Both the position numbers and the translations under genes were made by a program. Shown here piece after piece: positions 55,417 to 64,000 of a stretch of 64,000 bases of DNA. The DNA lies in NCBI GenBank assembly GCA_964016885.1, contig OZ024743.1, positions 82,894,001-82,958,000 of the forward strand, given 5' to 3'. The DNA is from Eledone cirrhosa (taxonomy: Eukaryota). A model generated the notes under the pieces. That model was given only the letters and a program-made list of their open reading frames with translations, was not told where the DNA came from and did no database searches. The first letter of the stretch is position 1; each line of letters opens with the position of its first letter.

Positions 55417-56668
55417 CCGAGTTTACACCTACACCATCAACACCGATGTAAGAAGATTACAACTTACCAAAAAGCAAGCAGATAGGCTAAAACGAACACT
55501 AATTCTAAACATAAAAAAGATTTACAGAGAATTAAGTCATCAAGAAAAACATAAGCGTAACTTAATACAAGAAATAACTAAGATCACCAAGAGAAAAATT
55601 GATATATATAAACCTTATATGTCTCGAAGAAAAGTACATTGTTCAGGAATGCGACAAACACTTTAACAAGAAATTAAGGTGGCTCAAACAGATGAAACTA
55701 AACCAAGAAACTTCAGAGAATAGAGATAAATATCGAGATAAGATTGATGGTATAAACATGGCCGACATCTCATTAACGGATGAATTCAACAACAACAACA
55801 CAAATATATACGGCAACACTACAGTCGACTCTGATGAATTATCGATATTACAGCTACCACCTAAATATGCCACATATAATAAGGTAAATATGATAAAATG
55901 CTTGTCAGAAATAGAAAAATCATTTACAAAATTACGTTGGAGCCTCAAAAACAAAAACAAAAACAAAAGTAACAACATACGCACACACATACAACACACA
56001 TCCCAACAACAACAGACACACAGACACAAACAACGATAACAACAACACAGAAGTAAGGGAAGGTAATGGAATTGAACGGAGAAGGGAGACTATCGATACT
56101 GACAGAGAAAATAACCAGGACGAGCACACAGACACACAAAATAGAATAGATAATAACAATGAGCCAGAGGAAAGAGACAGGAGTAATAATGAGAGACATA
56201 GAAACAACAATGAGGCTGTTGGTGGAAATAGAAATAGAAACAACACAACTAACAATAACAATAACAATAGTACACATAAAGCAGCAGCCTAGAATTCTAC
56301 TTTTTATAATCCTTCCGATATGTCCTTCGACCTACGGCGAGTCCACGCCACGACTTTAGCTTTTAACAAACTCACGCAATTGCCGTCGCAGGTCGATGAA
56401 CAAACAGAAGCACAATTTAGTATAGCTCGATCTAAACTTAGAAATATTATAGAACAGTATAGCAAGAAGCAAAATAGAATGGAGGCCCAGCAACTGGGAG
56501 AAAAATCTGCAAATGGCTTGCGTAAGCTCATGCAGCGCTCGCGTAATGGAAAGATTTCATGCTTTCCAACAGACAAGTCTGGCAGAATGTCGGTTGACAG
56601 TCTGCCAAACTACAGCCAGGCAATGCAACCCCACATCACTAACACAAGAGAAGTAACACCACAAGAGC

Positions 56669-58648
56669 ATGAGCATAGGGAGAAAACCCTCAATGCACAT
56701 AATGCAGCGCAATAAAAGGACTGCCAACAACTCCCGGGCCTGGAAAAATGACGTGCCAGCGTTGTATGGGCTTCGAAAAGACCATAAGACGAGCAGTGAC
56801 CCTGTCACAGGACCACCAGCACGGCCAGTCTGTGGAGCTAACATTGCTAGTAACTACAGACTTTCCTACTTCCTCTCCCTGATCATACGCCCCATCATTG
56901 AAATGTCCCCAGATATATGTGACAACACGGAGGACCTCCTCAGCAGAATCAGCGAAAATAACCGATCTAGGGACCTAACAGACTGTATAATAGGTAGTAT
57001 GGATGTTGTGTCCCTATATCCATCCATTGACGTGGATTTTGATGTGGAGAAATGCGTAGAAATGATCAGTGAGAGCAATGTTGAATTCCATGGGATTGAT
57101 ACCAGTGAGCTGGGACTCCTACATAAACTTACCTATAGTAATAATTATCTAGATACATATGACCTTAGCAACCTGTGCCCTACAAGACCAGCCAGAGGCA
57201 GACCACCTACCATTACCTCAATGGCCAAGAAAACCCACACAGAAAGATGGAACGGGTGGACCAGAGTCATACGGACCCCCGAAAACCACGATGAACTAAA
57301 GAAAATGATTGCACATGCGGTGGAGGCCAGTATAAAACTAACCCTTAAGGAACATATGTTCAAATTTAATGGAAAAACATATGCCCAAGAGGAGGGAGCA
57401 GCTATTGGTGTTAGCATTGCAGGTGACATAGCTAACCTATTCATGGTATGGTGGGACAATAAACTTAAACTTAAACTTAAAGAACAATTAGAAGACAGCA
57501 ACCTCTTAACCCTGATAATGTACTCCCGCTACGTTGATGATATAAACATCGTAGTAAAAACACCCCCACTAGAGAACATTCAGGAATTAGAGAAAAACAC
57601 CATGGAAAGCATCCAGCAAATAGCTAACTCCATCCACCAGAGTATTAGAGTTACTATATACCACCCAAGCAAACACCCCAACAATCGATCACCTGTACTA
57701 GACACAGAGCTCTGGTTAGAAACCATTAATAACAAAAAACAAATCCTCCATTCCCATGATGCCAAACCCATGACTTCCAAATATCTAATCCACCGAATCT
57801 GTTTCGGATCACACCAAAATCAACATACTGATTGCGAATTTGGTACGGGTGATGAGAAACGTGTCCGCATGTGCAACCCCAAAGAACTAGAGAGACACAT
57901 ACAACACTTCATCCAACGTATGCAGTTCTCTGGTTACAATCAGAGAGATAAAATCAGAGTATATAGAGGAGCCAGAACCAAATGGGAAAAAATGGTAAAT
58001 AATGATACAAATGGGACCTGCCTCTTGTATAGGAGCAAATTTTGGAATAGAATAGAAAGAACTAGGAATAAAGTTAATAGAATAAACTCATGGTATGATA
58101 GCAATAAATACCAGAGTGTAATCAATACAACCCCTAGAGGTGAATTAGCTTACAAATTTAGAAGGGCCCTAGATAAACATAAACGTAATATTAAGATAAT
58201 AGAAAGACCAGGTACCTCCATAAAAACACTTATTAGCAATACATACCCTTTTCAAAGACCTACCTGTATAGATAAGAAATGCATAATCTGTAAACTAAGC
58301 CCCCATATTAAGTGTAAAACTAGAAATGTAGTATATAGCATAAGATGTACTGAAGGACAATGTAGAGATAAGAATATAGTGTACATAGGTGTGACAGCTC
58401 GTAGTATAGGAGAACGGTTAAATGAACACTGGCGAAAGCTTCAAGATAAAAAAGAATCATCAATACTCCACCAATATGCTAAAATAGAACATAAGGGCAA
58501 ATTAGAGAACATAGAAATAAAAATAGAATCTACACACAGAAAAGACGCAATGTTTAGACAAATCACAGAGGCAATAAACATAAATGAACTCCAACCAAAA
58601 TTAAATAGAAAACATGAATGGAATAGCAACATCACAACTTACAATTAA
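56669..58648 (+). CDS. PLE reverse transcriptase + GIY-YIG endonuclease (C-terminal ORF of a frameshifted gene)
   Basis: LYGLRKDHK, RPVC, SMDVVSLYPSI, QEEGAAIG, RYVDDI; Cys cluster CIDKKCIIC; VVYSIRC...VYIGVTARSIGERLNEH. Confidence 0.93.
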   Translation: MSIGRKPSMHIMQRNKRTANNSRAWKNDVPALYGLRKDHKTSSDPVTGPPARPVCGANIASNYRLSYFLSLIIRPIIEMSPDICDNTEDLLSRISENNRSRDLTDCIIGSMDVVSLYPSIDVDFDVEKCVEMISESNVEFHGIDTSELGLLHKLTYSNNYLDTYDLSNLCPTRPARGRPPTITSMAKKTHTERWNGWTRVIRTPENHDELKKMIAHAVEASIKLTLKEHMFKFNGKTYAQEEGAAIGVSIAGDIANLFMVWWDNKLKLKLKEQLEDSNLLTLIMYSRYVDDINIVVKTPPLENIQELEKNTMESIQQIANSIHQSIRVTIYHPSKHPNNRSPVLDTELWLETINNKKQILHSHDAKPMTSKYLIHRICFGSHQNQHTDCEFGTGDEKRVRMCNPKELERHIQHFIQRMQFSGYNQRDKIRVYRGARTKWEKMVNNDTNGTCLLYRSKFWNRIERTRNKVNRINSWYDSNKYQSVINTTPRGELAYKFRRALDKHKRNIKIIERPGTSIKTLISNTYPFQRPTCIDKKCIICKLSPHIKCKTRNVVYSIRCTEGQCRDKNIVYIGVTARSIGERLNEHWRKLQDKKESSILHQYAKIEHKGKLENIEIKIESTHRKDAMFRQITEAININELQPKLNRKHEWNSNITTYN

Positions 58649-58846
58649 GGACAAAATGAAAACACACACACACATAGAACAAACAACCAACCTGTAACAT
58701 GTAAATAAACAAATAAATAAACAAATATAAACACACACAGACACCCGGATGTAACACATGCGCAAACTAAGCACACAGCACACACAAAAACAAGATGGCG
58801 TAGGACAGAACAAAGGAGAGGCACAAAACAAAGAAAAGAATCCCCA

Positions 58847-58889
58847 GTCACTGAAGAGGTCACAGAATGTGTGACGAAAGAACTTTGAC
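58847..58889 (+). ncRNA. Minimal type I hammerhead in the PLE 3' pLTR
   Basis: gtca-CTGAAGA-g-gtcaca-gaatg-tgtgac-GAAA-gaac-TT-tgac, at the position expected for a PLE HHR. Confidence 0.78.
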
Positions 58890-59059
58890 AATATATGAAC
58901 AACCGTCCGGTTATGGAACCGACCAACCAACCGGAAATTTATAAATTCTTAAATTTATAAATTAATTTATAATAAATTGGAGTGAAAGCAACTGGTGCGT
59001 GTGTTTCTTATTGGCAACATGACCCTCCCAAAGCATAACAATATATATATATATATATA

Positions 59060-59468
59060 AACGTTTGTATATCTATAATAAAGCCAAAACAATGCAGGTA
59101 TGAACATAGAATAAAGAATGCAAATGCAAAAGATATTGTTGACAATTAGTCTTTTACCTTAGATTTATTTAAATGTCCTTAATTTTCAAAATAATATCTC
59201 TTCTTCGGAGGGACGTAAAGTGGTTAAACCAGTGTTCTAAATAGCTTGCCAAGTCATGCTGACAGGAAATGGTATAGAGTATCTGTTCTATCTCTAATAT
59301 CAAAGAGTTAAGGTTAGGTGGATAAAGAGTATTTTTTTTTGTACATGCCTGTTTAAGTGTGTGGGAGAATGCGTGAAGGTGTAAGTATGTGTGTGTGTGT
59401 GAGTGTCAGAAGATATGTCTATACATAAGTGTGGGGGATAGATGTTATCTCGTGTTAGAACTGGTCTT

Positions 59469-59501
<33 letters not shown>

Positions 59502-60365
59502 ATAAGTGGAGGTGTAAGCGTGTGTGTGTGTGTGTGTATGTGTGTGTGTGTGTGCATGTGTGTAGGAGGGGTTGTAAATATGGGGCTAGATGCTCTATCA
59601 AGTTATAAATTGGGTGTTGAGTTCTAGTCTATTATTGATTGGTGGTTGTGTTTTGTCTATAATTAGTGCTTCCTTAATTCTAAGATTGCCGAGGTTTCTT
59701 TCCTTAGCTTCTATCCTAACTGTTATGGTTTTGTCGGTGTTTTTGCATTTAACTAGGTGTTTCTTAACTGAGGAAGCATTAGTATTGAGGTGTTCTTTTA
59801 TTCTTATGTGGAGTGGTCTGGTGGTGCTACCTACGTAGAAGTTGTTGCATTTGTCACACTCTAGTCTGTATACGATGTAAGCCTGGTGGCATAGGTCTGT
59901 GTCGTTGATGGGGCAGTTGGCTAGTCTGCAGCAGTTGTCATGTCTGGTGGAGTGTCATTTGGTTAGCTGTCCGCGTAGAGAAGGACCTGAGTGGGCCAGT
60001 TGGATATCTAGTCCCTCTCGTCTGATAGCTCTGCGGATGGCTGTTATTGTTTCTTCACTGAAGTGTGAGAGCTTCAGGAAGCAAGTGTTAGTGTCTCGGG
60101 TGTGGTGTCCTCTGTTCTTTCTGGCACGGTTTGTGGTGGATGTCGTGTATCCGTTCAGTTTGAGTACTTCCAGGAAATGTGTGGTGTGTGTGTCTCGGTC
60201 TCTAGCGTCGGTGCATTTGTTCCGGATACGTGCCAGTTCGTTCCTTATGTATCCGAACTTAACGCCGGCTGGGACGGCCGATCTGAAATGTACGAACAGG
60301 TCCCTGCTGGCGGCTTTTTTATAGAAGCAGGTGTGGATGTCTCCTTTATATTTCATGTGGATATC
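59060..60365 (-). mobile_element. 5'-truncated Penelope-like element (thumb + GIY-YIG + 3' UTR)
   Basis: ORF 59955-60356 (FYKKAASRDLFVHFRSA), then IVYRLECDKCNNFYVGSTTRPLHIRIKEH on the minus strand near 59600-59900. Degenerate HHR at 59175-59214 (gtccct-CCGAAGA-agag-atatta-tttt-GAAA-at-TA-aggac). Confidence 0.88.
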
Positions 60366-63300
60366 ATTTGATCACTTTGTTTTGGTGTTTTAATCGCGAA
60401 ATATTCTTTGAACGATATTTATTACTAATATTTATAGTTCTCTTTGACCGCTCTCTCTCTTTTTGAATTGCTATTTCTCACGCTGTCTCTGTCTCTCTCA
60501 TTCTTCCTTCCCCTCTCTCTCTCTCTAGGTCACACGAGCTCTCTCCCCCTCTCTCTCTCTAAATCGCACCTTGAATTTCTCACCCGACTTATCTATCTTC
60601 TCTCTCTAACCTTTCCCCCCACTCTTCCCGCTATCTCTCTCTCTCCTCTCTTCTGTCTCTCCCCTTTTCTTTTCTTCTATTTCTTTTTCTTTTTCTATCT
60701 CTCTAGATCGCACAAGCTCTCTCTCTCTTTTTCTCTAAATCGCTCCTTAAATTTCTCACTGGACTTATATCTCCCTCTGTCCCTCTCTAAACTCTACCCT
60801 ACACTTCCCACTATCTTTCTTTCTCCCCTCCACAGCGAAATGGACTGCATACAGGAAAAAGGTGAAATTAGGAGTCAGCGAAACTGGTCAAAGATGGAAC
60901 TAGCGGTTTTCATCAAGGGGTGGACCATGGCTGATGGGTCTCCACCAAGAAAAAAGATGGCGGAGAACCTGAAAAGCCATGGGTTTCTGAGGACTCTGGC
61001 ACAGATAGAGAGAAAGAGAAAAGAAATTGAGAAGGCGTATGTCCTCATAGCGCCACATATGGTGATGCTAAGCCGTGTCCTCAAGCAGGAGAAAACCGAA
61101 CAGAAGGGAGAGGAGAGGGAAAAAGAAAAGGAGGAGAGCACAAGCACGGACCTGAAAGAAAATGAGATACCCTCCGCCACAGTCAGGGAGGGCAGGCTGG
61201 GCAACCAACAAGCAAAAGGTGAAGGTGAAAACCGAAATCACTTTCCGAAGGAGAACCAAGCGCAGAGAGACCAGTGGACAACTGTTCAAAGGAAGAACAG
61301 AAAGCACGGAGACACTGGTAGCAAAAAAAACCCAAGTAATGTGCAAGTTTTTCAAGAACGGGACCTGCTGGCATGGAGAAACAGGGATGGGATGCAGATT
61401 CGCCCACCCCAGGTCTCAAACGAACTATGCCCATCCTACTCGCGCAACATGCCCGAGCCAAAGCCGAAATAAGCCGCTCCAGAAGTATGGTGATGTCGCG
61501 CGTGCCGCACCAACAAGGAGAAGGCACGTACATGCCGACGAGATACAGATGGCAGCAGCAGAGCAGAAAATCTTTTTAGTGCTGGCAGAGAAGATTGTGG
61601 GACAGCTGACCTGGCTGCATCGTTTCCAGAGCCAGGGTCACCCACACCAGCACTCGATACCACCACAGCTAAGGGACCAGAGTGGCCGCCGCTGACACCA
61701 GACCAGGTGTCATACCGACAGCCATTACTGGCACCCCAAAAGTCACACCAGTGCTGCTGCTGAATGTCAGAGGCCTGGTGAAACTCAGTAACATGAGTAA
61801 AATTTCCTACCTGGGAGACTTAGCCATAAGCAATCAAGCATTATGCATGGCACTAACCGAAACGCACCTGACAAGCAGTATAGCAGATGCAGAAATACAT
61901 ATACCAAAATATACTGTATTTCGTTCGGACAGGAAGGAGAGAACTCATGGTGGGGTTGCTCTGTATATCCGTGAAGAGGTCACACCAATTGTACTGTTGA
62001 CACATTCAAACTCAGTCTGTGACACACTGATAGTACATATGAAGCAACTACAGACAGTAATATGTGTCACATATCGGCCGCCGATGCCCCCAGTCATGAG
62101 TGTAAATTTGAGGATAGCCTAAGTAGGATAGAAGAGGTTTGGCCAGGGTCTCAACATTCTACTGCTGGGAGACTTCAACCTACCAAAGGTCAAATGGCCT
62201 GAGGCCCACCTCCTCCCTGGAATGACGTCAATAGAACAGAGACAGACGGAATCCCTGCTAGCCCTCACACACAGGCTGTTCATGGAGCAAGTAATACTCC
62301 TCCCAACAAGAGGCGAAAATGTCCTAGACCTCTGTTTTACAAACAACGAAGTGCTCATCCACAATGTAAAGGTGACACCAACAATTCTCTCGAATCATAA
62401 CTTAGTAGAGCTAATGATATGTGAGCCGAGAGAACCAACAGAGACAGAACCATAAAGAAGCTCCGGGACGTTATCCAGCCTTAACTTCTACAAGGCTAAC
62501 TGGAAAAAGATTAAGAGAGAAATCCAGAAGCAAACGTGGAGTGAAAACACCGCCACACAAGACACTAACACACAATTTCAACACTTCATGACAACGATAC
62601 ACACTATATGCAAAAAGTTTGTCCCGGAGAAAAAGGCAAACAGACACAAAAATCTTATTCCCAGAGATAGGAAAATCCTTATGAGACGAAGAACCAAGCT
62701 CTCAAACCAGTTGAATAGTCAACAAGAAAACAAAAACAAGAAGGAATCCTATTTGAAATGTGCACTTCTTGGCATCGAGATTGCACTCAAACTTTCCCAT
62801 AAAAATGAGAGGGCAAAGAAAAAGAACAGGGCCATAGAAAACATTAAAACAAACCCTAAGGCCTTCTTTAAATTTGCAAAAGAAACTGCCTCGGTACACT
62901 GCAAGATTGGGCCACTCTTCCATACAGACGGTTCATTAACCGAAAACCCCCAAGAGATATGTGAAATACTGAACGAACAGTACAAAAGTGTGTTCACATA
63001 TCCATTGAGGCACATGCAAATAACGAAGCCAGAGGAGTTCTTTGATGCCACAACACTACATGAAGAAATGGCGACCATCAACCACATAGACATAACGGAG
63101 GAGGATGTGGTGTACGCCATAGATGAAATTAGAACAGACTCAGCTGCTGGACCTGATGGATTCCCAGCAGTTCTCTTAAAAACATGTAAGCGGGCCTTAG
63201 CAACTCCACTGAAGATGCCCTTCAGAAGCTCCTTGGCTAGCGGTGTACTACCCAGGGAGCTGAAAGAAGGCACAATATGCCCTATCCATAAAGGAGGTAG

Positions 63301-64000
63301 CAGAGCGGAGGCCAAAAACTATATGCCGGTCTCCCTGACGTCGCATATCAGTAAGGTCATGGAGCGAGTCGTCAGAAAGAAACTGATCACTTTCCTCGAG
63401 GAAAATGACCGCCTGACTAGCACGCAACATGGCTTCCGCCCAGGAAGAAGCTGCCTTACACAGCTGCTGCATCACTACGACTGGGTACTGAAACAACTAC
63501 TAGACAGCTCACATGTGGACGTGATATATCTTGACTTTGCGAAGACCTTTGACAAGGTCGACCACGAAATGATATGTCACAAACTACACGGATTCGGCAT
63601 AACTGGAAAAGTAGGTGAGTGGCTGCACGACATCCTAAAGGACAGAAACCAGACAGTCGCAGCAAATGGGGCCCTCTCAAAGGAAACACCAATAACAAGT
63701 GGGGTGCCCCAGGGGACAGTCCTGGGACCACTACTGTTTTTGGTGGCTCTCTCAGACATGCCATCTGTAGTACATACAACAACATCCCTCACTAGTTATG
63801 TTGATGACACTAAGGTAGCACAGGCAATCAAAAACCCGGCTGACGCTGCCCTTTTACAACAAGATCTGGATGCCATATACAAATGGACGGAAGAAAACAA
63901 CATGCAGTTTAATGCTGGCAAATTCCAAGTCCTACAATACAAAACTCCAAACAAACCTGCAAACACAAATATAGTACAACACAACTACACAGGACCATGA
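60366..64000 (+). mobile_element. CR1-group LINE (5' UTR, ORF1, ORF2 APE-RT), running off the window end
   Basis: APE motifs LLNVRGL, ALTETHL, RSDRKERTHGGVALY, LLGDFNLP, LDLCFTN, SNHNLV. RT motifs YMPVSLTSHISKVMER, QHGFRPGRSCLTQL, YLDFAKTFDKVDH, SGVPQGTVLGPLLF, YVDDTK. Confidence 0.93.
60840..61695 (+). pseudogene. LINE ORF1 with Myb/SANT-like (trihelix) N-terminus and CCCH zinc finger; one frameshift
   Basis: RNWSKMELAVFIKGW...MAENLKSHGFLRTLAQIERKRKEIEKAY, then, after the A8 run at 61323-61330, CKFFKNGTCWHGETGMGCRFAH. Confidence 0.65.

Larger units (their letters stand above)
55184..59044 (+). mobile_element. Near-complete Penelope-like element with inverted 5' pLTR fragment
   Basis: 55184-55329 is the reverse complement of 58876-59044 (with a small internal deletion). 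Frameshifted N-terminal ORFs, an RT + GIY-YIG ORF and a 3' HHR are present. Confidence 0.95.

Noticed and set aside
61323-61333. Programmed -1 frameshift at A-AAA-AAC in LINE ORF1
   Set aside because: Joining the two ORF1 halves needs a +1 shift, so a homopolymer indel is more parsimonious.

Overview
Eukaryotic, gene-free, repeat-saturated DNA. The SINE-like motifs and (AT)n/(TACA)n/(AGT)n composition suggest an octopod cephalopod (inference only). No host gene, rRNA/tRNA gene or CRISPR array is supported. The window is a mosaic of retroelements sitting in microsatellites: several RTE LINEs and RTE-derived non-autonomous copies, one full-length Gypsy LTR element (4-bp TSD, tRNA-Trp PBS), two Tx1/L1-like copies, two R4/Dong-like copies, a CRE-like fragment, a CR1-group LINE, three Penelope-like elements (PLEs), Helitron ends, MITEs and SINE fragments. 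The main hidden signal is non-coding. By hand I find about 10 type I hammerhead ribozyme (HHR) motifs with recognisable cores plus about 7 degenerate ones. Most lie in ORF-less modules with a recurring 'inverted partial copy + full copy' fold-back architecture, from about 100 bp to about 3.9 kb. At the 5' inversion junction of the near-complete PLE there is a 7x14-nt array copied from the element's own ribozyme cleavage site, resembling telomerase-style reiterative synthesis. All RNA folds were paired by eye and need computational or biochemical confirmation.
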